Assembly: GCF_006345805.1 (NCBI RefSeq)
Contig: NW_021832097.1
Coordinates: forward strand, 1 to 33,821
Source: Octopus sinensis
Taxonomy: Eukaryota
DNA: 33,821 nucleotides
Direction: 5' to 3'
The translations under genes and the position numbers were made by a program. Under the pieces are notes generated by a model. The model was given only the letters and a program-made list of their open reading frames with translations. It did no database searches and was not told the DNA's origin. This document shows, in pieces, positions 1 to 12,240 of this stretch; positions within the stretch are counted from its first letter, which is position 1; each line of letters starts with the position of its first letter.

Positions 1-1
1 T

Positions 2-47
<46 letters not shown>

Positions 48-50
48 ATA

Positions 51-156
51 CTCAACTAGTTGTCATATGGAATTAATGATAAAGCTTATATTCTAGAATA
101 TATAGAAATATTAGCGACAACTCTCTCAAACTAAGTCATATTCTCTTAGAATAAAG
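51..156 (+). repeat. Dispersed ~105-bp repeat, copy 1 (copy 2 at 2789-2896)
   Basis: CTCAACTAGTTGTCATATGGAATTAATGATAAAGCTTATATT...ATATTCTCTTAGAAT recurs with few changes at 2789. Both copies start immediately after a microsatellite. Confidence 0.85.
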
Positions 157-745
157 GGATCTACGGCTCGGTACTCGTCCTCAACTCGAAGACAAGAGAG
201 GCAGCTACTGCCTTAAAGGAGTGGACACTCAAGATGGGAGAGGCAAATTCAAGAGCTGCTCTAGGCTTCGGCCTCCAAGCTGCTCCTATTCTAGGTACCC
301 CACTGTACTAAAGCTGATGCAAGATTTATGTTGATTCATTTGCAGTAGATATTCATTCTACGCTACGATGCGAGTGGGTGAAGCGAAGTCAGGCTTTACC
401 TATCGAGTGAAGGACTGTGTAATTGATTCTCTTAATGTTTCTTATCATTCGATGTGGTTAGCCAGATCTGGATTATATCAGAGTGCTAACAAGGTACCTG
501 ACCGGATTCCAATTTTCTATTCTTTTATGTTGCATGTGTGTCTGTGTCTATCAGTGTGTGTATGTCTGTGTGTTTATGTGTAGGTGAGTGTATAAATACT
601 TGAATGTGAATTACTAGGAAGAAAGAACATAACCATTACTAAAGCAGTAATGCAGCTAAGGGAATGGGGAGGCGGGCGATGGGCCACTACCGGCGAAGCT
701 TTTATAGGGGCGGCGCATTTGGGTCTGCTGTTCAAGCCTGTATAA

Positions 746-1029
746 CAGCGGTTCCCAACTTATTTTTGCACCAACCAATGACAGTTTGATGCAGAACAAT
801 ATTTATACAGACCGGGGGGAAACCCCTGCATAACGAAACACAATGAAGTGCACAATCTACATTTTAATTCTTACTGCATTTATAATGCAAAATGCCTTGC
901 ACACTTCCAATCAATAGAAATAAAATTACGAAATTTATTCTTTCTCTGCGGCCTGATACCAAAGGGTCTGCGGCCCGTTACTGATTCGGAGCCGGTGCTC
1001 GTCTGCGGCTTGTTGGTTTGGAACGTCTG
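746..1029. mobile_element. Degenerate non-autonomous hAT (Charlie/MER1-like) MITE
   Basis: Left end CAGCGGTTCCCAAC; right end reverse complement CAGACGTTCCAAAC. GC-rich CGGCCCG subterminal motifs. Flanking 8-mers CTGTATAA and CCGAATAG match at 5/8, a possible decayed 8-bp TSD. Confidence 0.6.
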
Positions 1030-1481
1030 CCGAATAGAATTGGAGCACGGAGATAGGAAGAGCAAATTCAAGGGCTGCTCTGGGCTTCGGAACCCGGGCG
1101 ACACACATTCTAGGTACGCCTCGGTCTGAAGCTAAAATATTATATTTTACCGAAAGCTGAAATTTCACAAATCGCTACTCCGAGTTTCCAGTTTCTTTGG
1201 AAACAAGGAATTAGACATAACAAGGGAAGATGTGCTATGTTACTGACTCCATCAGCGTGTCATATAATATGTACATCTTATGTAATGTAATACAATATAA
1301 TATCTACCGATTACACATACATTATTATATGTACGTAATATACATCTGCCACAACACACATTCCACAAAACGCACGCGTGTACACACACACATATTGATA
1401 TATACATGCATATATGTATACACATACTCACACGCACACACATATCGATAGTTTCACAGACAAACAGGCAGACAGACAGGC

Positions 1482-1689
<208 letters not shown>

Positions 1690-1959
1690 CAGTATAGAAT
1701 GAGGTTTCCAATCAGACGAAAACAGACAGAAATATAGCAGAGCCACTGTAAAAATGTCTTCTCAGACTCTAACAGGCTTAAACTGACCCTAGCCAGACAA
1801 CTCCAGACACCAATATGGCATGTTCAGAAAATAGGCTGCGAGTGTCTGATTGGATTGCCCACACTTCATAAATCTTCTGAAGCAAGTCGAAGCAGACTAG
1901 TTTCTGCATTAACAACAAAAACAACATAGAAACCACTGAACTGTCAACTCTAATATATG

Positions 1960-2034
<75 letters not shown>

Positions 2035-2055
2035 CTCTATCTATCTATCTATCTA
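1960..2055. repeat. (TATC)n microsatellite
   Basis: Directly visible. Confidence 0.95.
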
Positions 2056-2057
2056 AA

Positions 2058-2166
2058 CCTACCCCACCTCCTTTTTACCCCATAAAGAAAAGCTCTACTT
2101 TGTAATCTGTCCCGTCTGTGTGCAGCCCTGTGTGGCTAATAAAGAAACATATCTATCTATCTATCT
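2058..2166 (+). mobile_element. Short 5'-truncated retroposon 3' end with AATAAA and (TATC)n tail
   Basis: AAAGAAAAGCTCTAC...TCTGTGTGCAGCCCTGTGTGGCTAATAAAGAAACA followed by TATC repeats. A near-identical end occurs at 2490-2580. Confidence 0.7.
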
Positions 2167-2257
2167 TGACTATGATTCTATGAACCGTAAAAATTAATAC
2201 AGAGAGTTGCTTATTTGCAAAAAAAATAATAAAAGAAAGAAATATAACATGTGACTT

Positions 2258-2575
2258 CATTGACCGAGGTTACCGTGGTCTTTTCCGTAGGCTTTTCTTT
2301 CCACGGGTAAACCTCACCTGTCCTCCCCTTTACACTTCATATTGACATTTCTGTGATTATGATCCCTATTGATCAACATTTTTTCCTCTCCCCTTTTCTT
2401 TTTTTTCCCTCACCCCCCTTTTTATTTTAAATCCTCCCATTTTTTGTCCTCTTTCTTTCCTTTTACGATCCCTTTTGATCGAAAACCAGCCCCCTTTTTT
2501 TTACCCCCAAAAGAAAAGCTCTACCTTGTAATTTGTTCTGTCTGTGTGCAGCCCTGTGTGGCTAATAAAGAAACA

Positions 2576-2631
<56 letters not shown>

Positions 2632-2652
2632 CATCCATCCATCCATCCATCC

Positions 2653-2699
<47 letters not shown>

Positions 2700-2704
2700 C
2701 ATCC

Positions 2705-2787
<83 letters not shown>
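2258..2787 (+). mobile_element. Longer copy of the same retroposon 3' UTR with an expanded (TATC/CATC)n tail
   Basis: Same 3' terminus as 2058-2166, a pyrimidine-rich UTR, and a tail at 2577-2787. The 5' boundary is approximate. Confidence 0.65.
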
Positions 2788-2788
2788 G

Positions 2789-2896
2789 CTCAACCAGTTG
2801 TCATATTGAATTAATGATAAAGCTTATATTTCCTAGAAATAATAAAAATATTAGCGACAGCTCTCTCAAATTAAGCCATATTCTCTTAGAATGAAA
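2789..2896 (+). repeat. Dispersed ~105-bp repeat, copy 2
   Basis: Direct diverged copy of 51-156. Confidence 0.85.
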
Positions 2897-3027
2897 ATTC
2901 AGGAAGGGAAACATTATCTCAATGTCTTAATTATAAGTTACTCTTTTTATGTATGGCTCTTTTAAATGGTATATTTTTTTGTAGGCCACAACTCCTTTTC
3001 CTTAGAGCAGCAAAATTGTTACAAATT

Positions 3028-3034
3028 GTATGTG

Positions 3035-3098
<64 letters not shown>

Positions 3099-3152
3099 GT
3101 ATATAATATATATAATATATATATATGTATATATATATACATGTATATATAT

Positions 3153-3202
<50 letters not shown>

Positions 3203-3226
3203 TGTATATATATATAATGTATACAC

Positions 3227-3286
<60 letters not shown>

Positions 3287-3380
3287 GTATATATATAATA
3301 TATATATGTATATATATATACGTATATATATATGTGTGTGTGTGTGTATGTACATGTGTATGCGTGTGTGTATGTATGTA
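3028..3380. repeat. Compound (TA)n/(TG)n microsatellite
   Basis: Directly visible. Confidence 0.95.
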
Positions 3381-3691
3381 TCATGCTTTATGTAAATACG
3401 TCGCCAAAAGGCAAATTTACTTCGGTATTCATCCGGAGATAAAATCCCTTATGTAAGTAAAAAGAGACGAAAACTGTGCCAGCAGCATCGGCTTGTGAGA
3501 ACGCGGGGTGCATTTCTTTCTCGTTGAGCTTTGTCAATGGCGTGTATTGACAATCAGATACATGTTCTGATGAGATTTGTTGCCAACGATTTCTAGGTGA
3601 AAACAGAGAATAAAACACTTACAGATATTGCGAAAGCCGCCAGGCTGAAAAAAAGTTCATTTGGTGCAATAGAACAATTATACAAGTAGAC

Positions 3692-3796
<105 letters not shown>

Positions 3797-4087
3797 TTAA
3801 ATGCACACCACACACACAATACCCACACATCTGTATATACAGAGATAGAGATATGCTCAAAGATTACATTTACTTGTAGAAAATATCGCTAGGAAACTTA
3901 ACCCTGACAACGTGATATACATCCGTATATATTATTGGATGTTTGTGTGTATGTTTTTCTGTGCATTATGGAGGCACATATGAAAGAAAAAAGAACGGGC
4001 GATAGAGAATGCAAAAAAAAGCAAGGTGAGACAGGTGTGCGCGTATATGTGTGCGTGTGTATGTGTGTGTATATATACATATACATA

Positions 4088-4836
4088 TATTTCACGTTCA
4101 TTATATATAAAAACATTCATTCTTATATTATTGCGGCGTTACGTGCACTCCCCCGTTTGTTTGCCCAATTTTAAACCCTGCACGACTTCTATACACACTG
4201 TCTTTCCTACCCGCCATTGCTTCTTCACCAAACTATTTTGGCGCCCTCCGATTCTTCCCCCCTCTTCCTCCCATCCTCCTCCCCTCTTCCTCCCATCCTC
4301 CTTAATCCCTTCTTTCTCCTTTTCTCTTGGTCACTGATTCTGTCCCCTGCCTTCCACCCTCTTTGATTCCCTCTCTCTCTGTCTCTCTTTCTCTCTCTCT
4401 CCTGCAACCTGCTGCTTCTTAACCATTCTGTTGGCCATCGTATCTCGACCAACATGTGTCCCCGACTACGAAACGTAATTATTTCTACGCCAGCTGCTAT
4501 GTGTTGTTGTTTTGTCTCATTTGGTCTAAAGTCGTATGACAACCACCGTTATATACATTTTGTTTATTCATTACTGTTTTCAATTTCGTTTTCGTCTCTT
4601 GTATTTACATCCGTCTTGTGCGTTCACATTCCTGTCTTCTACCAGAAATCTAATGCTTACAGCTTAGTTTTTTTCTTGGGGCTGGCCGAGTTCGAGCAAA
4701 TATCAGAATTGAACAGCCGAAATTTGCTATGATGATTCGGTGTCTGACTGAAGATTGAAGGCTTCGAATGATTTGTCTGTGTTCCGTGTTCGTCCCTTCC
4801 TGTATTTCACGTTCATTATATATAAAAACATTCATT
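4088..4836. repeat. Segment bounded by a perfect 34-bp direct repeat (4088-4121 and 4803-4836)
   Basis: TATTTCACGTTCATTATATATAAAAACATTCATT occurs twice. Confidence 0.85.
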
Positions 4837-4880
<44 letters not shown>

Positions 4881-5260
4881 CATATGAATATATGTATATA
4901 TATATATGTGTTTGTGAGTGTGTATATATATGTATATATTTGTATATGAGCTACTACATTCATACATACATTATACATCCAGTCATTAATACCCCCCCCA
5001 CACACACACACTTAGCTACGCATATGTAAACGGACACACTTGCAGCCATACAGGTATGAATAAGTTTTGCTGTACATTCTATGTATGCAAAATTAGAGAG
5101 GATCGGGTACACAAAAGATGGAAAGAACGAGAGGAAAGAAAAAGAAGGAGAGACCTAAAGAAAGAAAATAAGAAACAAAGAGAATATACATATATATATG
5201 TGTCGTCTCTGTGGTGTTTCATGTTCTTGTCCATGTCTGTAATTATTTTTACTGTTTACC

Positions 5261-5390
5261 TATATATATATATATATATATATATTATGTATGTATGTAT
5301 ATATATATGTATGTATGTATGTACATATATACATTTATATGTATATATATACATATATTTATATATATACATATACATTTATATATATAC

Positions 5391-5423
<33 letters not shown>

Positions 5424-5600
5424 TTGTGTGTATGTATGTATGTATATATGTATATATATATATATTCATATATACATATTTACATATATATGTATGCATA
5501 TATGTACATATATACATATATATGCATATATATAAATATACATATGTGTGTATATATATGTGTGTGTGTGTGCGTGTTTATACATGCATACATATGTGTG
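5261..5600. repeat. Compound (TA)n/(TATG)n/(TG)n low-complexity tract
   Basis: Directly visible. Confidence 0.9.
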
Positions 5601-5998
5601 GGGGCGGGGGTTGAACACAGAACGGAAAACGAGAAAGATTAAAGATTAAAGTTTAAGGGGTGAGTGAAATGATGGATGAAAGAGAGAATAAAAGGATTGG
5701 TGCTGGACTTAACATATTCTAGACGCATTTCAATTTTCCAGCCATTAATGCTTTCTTAATGTGGCACAGAATGAGAGAGAGAGAGGGGGGAGAGAAAGAT
5801 GGGAGAGAGAGAGAGAGGGGGGGAGAGGAAGGGGAGAGAAAGAGAGTGTGTGAGAGAGAGAGAGACCAATTGAATTAAGTGCAACAGAAGCCAAGCGGCA
5901 ACACGTATCTACATAGATGGCCGCCACTATTCTTATGTTCTGTCCCACTTCGGATGTGAGAAACACAATGTTATATAGAGTTACCTATTAATCGATTT

Positions 5999-6015
5999 AT
6001 GTGTGTATATGTATG

Positions 6016-6073
<58 letters not shown>

Positions 6074-6165
6074 ACATACACACACACATACATATACATT
6101 CATACGTATAGGTATATATATATATATATAATATTATATATATATATATATGCATGTATGTATAT

Positions 6166-6206
<41 letters not shown>

Positions 6207-6300
6207 CATATGCATATATAAATATACATGTATCTATAACGTACTTCTTCCGTCGCTAATTATACACATACGAACATGTCTATCTATGTATGTATGTATG

Positions 6301-6337
<37 letters not shown>

Positions 6338-6366
6338 GTATACATACACACACACACACATACACA

Positions 6367-6417
<51 letters not shown>

Positions 6418-6440
6418 ATATATTATATATATATATATAT
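5999..6440. repeat. Compound (TA)n/(TATC)n/(CA)n tract
   Basis: Directly visible. Confidence 0.9.
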
Positions 6441-7047
6441 AAACGTACATATGCATATGTCCGTGCGTAAACGCGCAGACACACACGCTTAAGTTTTTTT
6501 TTATGTATATGAAGGAAAGAACACAGGTTTTTCTCTCTCACTCTGTTAACCACACACACATATATGTGCGTACACATACACAGTACCACACATACACACA
6601 GATATACACTGCTGCATGCACACATATATATACACACACCCACATTGATTCATACATACGTGCACACATACATGCTGCAATTTAGGTCTCGTTGGGACAT
6701 TACGGAACAGTGTTAGAAGGTGCAAGAGACACGCGAATGAGTGTATAGACTGCTGGTTGAATGTATGTATGGATGTATGGATGGATGGATGGATGGGTGG
6801 ATGATTAGTCTATTAGTTAAGTGGTTGGGTGGGATGTATTTATTTTTTCTATAACCAGGGAATAACTGCTAATACACACGGGCAGTGGTAGATTACAATG
6901 GGAAGTGAGGATTGGAGAGAGCAACAACAGTGTGGCTGTCATTAACTCTTTTTATAAGCCGTGAGCGAACGCGTGTGTATACAGGTGTGTGCACGTGTAC
7001 CTCTGGGTGTGTTTCTATATACAAATACATACATACACACATACACA

Positions 7048-7096
<49 letters not shown>

Positions 7097-7126
7097 ACAC
7101 ACACACAGGTATGTATATATATATAT

Positions 7127-7497
7127 ACTCTTTTACTCTTTTACTTGTTTCAGTCATTTGACTGTGGCCATGCTGGAGCACCGCCTTTAGTCGAGCAAAT
7201 CGACCCCAGGTTCTCATTCTTTGTAAGCCCAGTACTTATTCTATCGATCTCTTTTGCTGAATCGCTAAGTTACGGGGATGTAAACACACCAGCATCGGTT
7301 GTCAAGCGATGTTGGGTGGACAAACACAGACACACAAACATATACATATACATACATATATATACGACGGGCTTCTTTCAGTTTCCGTCTACCAAATCCA
7401 CTCACAAGGCTTTGGTCAGCCCGAGGCTATTAGTTGTGGGACTGAACCCGGAACCATGTGATTGGTAAGCAAGCTACTTACCACACAGCTACTCCTA
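7127..7497 (-). mobile_element. tRNA-derived SINE family A copy with an internal deletion
   Basis: Reverse complement of the 16242 copy: A box TGTGTGGTAAG region, B box GGTTCAGTCC, internal TA/TG microsatellite, and GTAAAAGA tail. Confidence 0.9.
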
Positions 7498-7510
7498 CAA
7501 AATTTTTTCT

Positions 7511-7980
7511 TTCATCTTTTACTTGTTTCAGTTGTTGAACGGCAGCCATGCTGAGGCAGCATCTTTAAAGTTTGTCGAACAAATCGATCTTCCCTAGCAA
7601 TGATATTTTTAAGCCTAGTACTTTAACAATATGTCTCCTGAGCCGAACTGCTAAGTTACGGAGCCGTAAACAAACCAACATCACTTGTCATGCGGTGGAG
7701 AACAATCATGTAGACAATGACGGACAAAATCATGGATACACACACGCACACACAGACACACACACACACATACATATTCACATACATACACATACACACA
7801 CGCATATATATATATACGCCCGGCTTCTTTCAGTTTCTGTCTACCAAATCCACTCACAAGTCTTCGGTCGGCCTGGAACCTTAGTAGAAGACACTTGTCG
7901 ACGGTTCCACGCAGTGGGACTGAACCCAGAACCATGAGTTTGGGAAGCAAACCGCTTGCCACACAGTCCCACATGTGCCT
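7511..7980 (-). mobile_element. SINE family A, older diverged copy
   Basis: Colinear similarity to other family A copies (CAAATCCACTCACAAG, GTGGGACTGAACCC). Confidence 0.85.
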
Positions 7981-8044
7981 AGTCACCATGATAGATCGTT
8001 AGCTACTACACATTTTTTTCTCTCCTTGTTTTTTTTCTGTGTCC

Positions 8045-8080
8045 CTTTCTGTAGAAGAGCGTAGGCTCGAAACGCAAAAG
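8045..8080 (+). ncRNA. Degenerate Penelope-type minimal hammerhead ribozyme motif
   Basis: CTTT-CTGTAGA-A-GAGC(GTAG)GCTC-GAAAC-GCA-AAAG. Stem I (CTTT/AAAG) and stem II (GAGC/GCTC) are present, but core A6 and the NUH triplet deviate. Confidence 0.45.
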
Positions 8081-8247
8081 ACTTTTTCTATTCCTGAGCG
8101 TTATACTAATACATCTGTTTGTTTTGTATACCACCTGTCTTCGTCTTTTGTTTTTTTTCGTAAACTCTCCCTATATTATAACATTATATATATATATATA
8201 TATATAATATATATATAATAATATTAATATATATTATATATAATATA

Positions 8248-8730
8248 TATATTAATTATAATAAAGGGTTAATTGCAACAAGTTGCTCAAAACCACATAC
8301 CGAAAATATTAGAAATAGCAGCCAAATAGCCTACTATTTCTACTACTAGTAAAAAAGTCTCCACTAACAAACAGAATTTGTAACCCGTATATGGTAAAGA
8401 GAAAGAAGACAACGAAATCCCAGCCTATTGTATTAATTATAGACGAAATCGTTTCTGGATTAGAACCGAAAGTTCATTTCCTTTTCAACATAATATTTCC
8501 TATAAATCTAGATATGCTAGGAAAAAACTCACCAATTATATTAATTCGATCAGGCGACATCGAACGATATAACGGTCCGCTAGCATCTCTACATTTATAT
8601 AGACAGGCGAATTCGTATCTCCCTCCAAAATTACCACGTGGGTTACAAAAACATTACCAACGAAACGAAGTTTCGCAGATTCATTGTAAGGGAGTAATAG
8701 TATTCAATATGCATAAAGGGTGAAATATAA
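8248..8730 (-). repeat. Unclassified repeat, possibly a Penelope pseudo-LTR-like segment; its end is repeated in inverted orientation at 11795-11854
   Basis: A ~60-bp near-perfect inverted copy lies at 11795-11854. The minus strand carries TATATAAA and GGTGAGT motifs. The segment abuts (TA)n. Confidence 0.45.
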
Positions 8731-11700
8731 TTTCATTTTCATTTCATTTCATTTGGGTTTGAGTCCATGCTCAGGCCAAGTCGAAGACTCCACCTTCAGA
8801 GTCTGGTGTGGTTGCCAGGTTGTATTCTCTGCTTAATTTTGACATGTGTAGGAGCGAGTTTGAGTCAGTTTGTGCTCGTTGTGTATATCCTGGGAGATGG
8901 GGTTCATCTCTAATGGTGCTTAAGTATCTATCCAGTTGCAATTTGAATGATTCCACACTGCATCCTGATAGATTTCTGACATGTACCGAAATGGAGTTGA
9001 ACAGTTGTGCTCCTCGAACCAACAGACTTGATTCTCGCAGGGTTTTTGCTGCCTGGCCAGTTTTGTTGATTGGTGGCAGCTGGCAGCGTCTTCCGTGGTG
9101 CAGTGAGTGGTAGGTTTTGATACCAAAGTTTGGCACCTTCTGCTCTATCATTTTCCAAATGTATATAATTCGGTATCGCTCAAATCTTCTTTCTATTGAG
9201 TACATCCTCAAGGTTTTGAGTCTTTGCCAATAGTCCAGGTCCCTCGTTTCTGAGAAGTATGAGGTAAAATTTCTTTGGAGCGATTCTATCTTAGATAGTT
9301 GGCCCTTGTTGTTGGTGACCACAACTGAGAACAAGTAGTCAATCCTAGGAAGTATCATACTGTCCAGAGGGTTTTCATTGTTGAGGTATCTCTTGATTTG
9401 AAGGTGCGCGCAAGATCCACTCGCTGTACTTCTTGCAGTAAGACAGACTGAGTCAAGGTGTTCTCTGAATTTTAGGTTGGTCCCATGTGGATGCCTAAAT
9501 CTTTCACATACTGTTTTTCCATTATTTGTTGTCCTGATGGGTTTCTGTAGTTTGTTGTATTTTCAGATCTTGATCTGTTCCGTAGCGAATTAGTTCAAAT
9601 CTTATCATTGAACAACATGTTGTTTGTTTCCTGCTATTTATATATGGTGGTCAGGTCCTTTTGTAAGGCCTCTGTATCCACCTCGTCTTTGATTTGTCTC
9701 ATGACCCTGGTGTCATCAGCAAAGGATGAGACGTTGCTGGTTGTATCTTCATCTATGTCAGAGATGAGATGAGAAAAACAGGATTGGGCCGAGTACTGTA
9801 CCCTGAGGAACACTGCTGGTCACAGGTGATGGTGTTGAATGGGTTCCATTCACAGTGACTGTTTGAGTTCTATTTGTAAGGAACTCATGTATCCATGTAC
9901 CGACTTTTCCTCCTACTCCTAGCTTTCGAAGTTTGTGACCCAGGATGCCATGATCTACCTTGTCAAATGCCTTGGCAAAGTCGAGATAGATAACATCTGT
10001 GTTGTATCCATTCTCTAGATTTTCTAGGATTTGGTCATGGTGTGCCAGTAGTTGGGAAAGGCATGATCTACCTAACCTGAATGCATGCTGGTTGCAATTC
10101 ATCAGATTGTTGGATTCCAGGAACTCAACCAGTTTTCCACGAACTATTCTTCGAAGACCTTGATAATGTGTGATGTCAGTGAGATTGGTCGGTAGTTCTT
10201 TGGTTTTGATTGCTGTCCCCTTTATGTATTGGAGTTATGTGTGCTTCTTTATATGTATTGGTATTTTGCCATTCTCCATAGATTCCCTCCATATCATGTA
10301 AAGGGGTTTCGACAATTGTACCTTGCAGTTTTTAAGTATCATGGCATTGAAACCGTCAGGCCCCGCAGCCGAGTGCATGGAGAGCTTGTCTATGGCTCTT
10401 GCTATTGTCTTCTGGGTTGAAATCAATGTCGGATAGGGTAGGTTTAGTATGGTCGATATCCTTGAAGAATTTTCCTGGGTCATGGATCTTCATGGTTTTA
10501 GATGGCTCACTGAAGACACTTTCATACTGTTGACCCAACATTTCTGCCATTTCAATAGGGTTATTCACTACATCCCCATTTTGTCTCTGGAGAGGTCCTA
10601 TTGTTGACTTGGTGTTCGAGTATTTCTTTGCAAAACTGTAGAAACATTTTAGATTTTTCTTGATGTTTTCTATGGCTCTCTTCTGCATTGTTACGTTCTT
10701 CATCATAGTGTTGTTTTAGATTGTCTTCTAATCTGTATATTTGGCCAAGGACTTTCTGTAATTCATGTTTTGATGTCAGCTTAGATGTTTTGTTTTCTTA
10801 GTCTTGACCTTTTGCGCATCAGGATCTTTCGCTCCCGTGGTACAGGTTTTTTGTGGACTTGGTTTTCTTTAGAGGAACATTTTTTTCACATATTTCTTCG
10901 ATCTTGTTTAAGAATTTCTTGTGTTTATCTGGCCCAGTAAGGTAGAGATCCCAGTCAATGATTTGTAACTGGTTGTTAATAGTTTCCCAATTTGCCTGGT
11001 GATAATCATACCTGCATAGCTTTGGCATGTCCTTTTGTTTTTTAAGAGTTGTGGCATTGGGCTCATTACCAATGTGTAAATGCATTTCAATAATATTGTG
11101 GTCTGAAAGGATTGTTGGGGTTGAGTGAAGGTCAAATAGCGTGTCCTCGTTGTTGGTGAAAACCAAGTCGATCGTATTATTATTTCTTGTTGCTTCTGTC
11201 ATCATTGTTTGAGGTATAATTTCTCTGTGACTTCCAACAGTTTGGCTGCCTGTATTTGTTCAGCTTTTGTCCCCAGTTTTAGTATGTGTCCATGTGGCCA
11301 GATGATGTTAGGGAAGTTGAAGTCACCAAGGAGGATAATGTCTGGCATTGGACTTGCCATGTTTCCCAGAATTGTTGGAGCTTCGTCAGTGGCTCAGTGA
11401 AGGAAATGTTGGGCTGTTTGGCGGTCTGTACATTATTGTTACAACTGTATTAAGTTGGATGATTTTTATGCACAGCAGGTTGCAGTAGGCATTTGATTCA
11501 TTGACAAGTTCTATGCATGCATAGGTATCATGGATATACATGATAACGCCCCCATGGGATCTGCCTTGTCTATCACATCTGAAGATGTTGAATCTATTGA
11601 TTGTGATTTCGCTGTTGGGGATGTTTTCGTTGAGATGACTTTCAGTAATTCCAATTATTTTGGAGTTGTTTTCTGTTGCTAATTCTTCCAAGAAAGGGAC

Positions 11701-11747
11701 TTTACACTGTTTTGTTTTCGGATAAAGACCCTGGATATTTGCTGTTA
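8731..11747 (-). mobile_element. Non-LTR retrotransposon (CR1 group), ORF2 APE endonuclease plus reverse transcriptase, frameshifted and lacking ORF1
   Basis: APE motifs ANIQGL, GITESHL, GGV, YRPP, GDFN, TIDLVFT and SDH. RT motifs GPDG, YLDFAKAFDKVDH, VPQGTVLGP and FADD. CR1-like C-terminus (YSIERR...LFNSI...LDRYL). (GAAAT)n tail at 8731-8753. Confidence 0.93.
8771..11747 (-). pseudogene. LINE ORF2 (endonuclease-reverse transcriptase) split into at least 6 ORF fragments
   Basis: Consecutive minus-strand ORFs 11386-11691, 10819-11205, 10356-10706, 10235-10483, 9758-10102 and 8771-9358 fall in the expected domain order. Confidence 0.9.
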
Positions 11748-12240
11748 ATTAATTTAATAAAATTAATAAATTTCACCTAGCATTTTTTTTTTATATTTTC
11801 GGTATGTGGTTTTGAGCAACTTGTTGCAATTAACCCTTTGTTATAATTAATATAATTCTTACCAATATGGTCATTTCCATACCGAAAAAACTACTAGGTG
11901 AAATTTATTAATTTTATTAAATTAATTATATTTCTACTCGTGTGGAATAAAATATCGTTGTTTTCTCTATTTATGTATATACCTCCTTCGTTTGTGTGCG
12001 CACGCGCGCGCGGTGTGTGTGTATACATTTATATGCAATGCAGATGGCTCTTTTATTCCAATACTGCTACTGCTGCATATCTTCATATGGGCCACACGCG
12101 CGCGCGCAACAAATGAATAACAAGAGACAAAATCAAATGCGAAAAGCAACAAACGTATAAAGATGGTCACAGTTAATATTATTAAGTTGAAGCTCAAAGA
12201 AGGAAAAATCTTATCAAGTGGAAGATATTGAGTAAAACGT

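Noticed and set aside
3568-3602. CTGATGA...GAAA as a hammerhead
   Set aside because: No stem II closing at GAAA and no stem I or III support.
8391-8723. 110-aa plus-strand ORF
   Set aside because: No recognisable motif; it lies in an AT-rich repeat segment.
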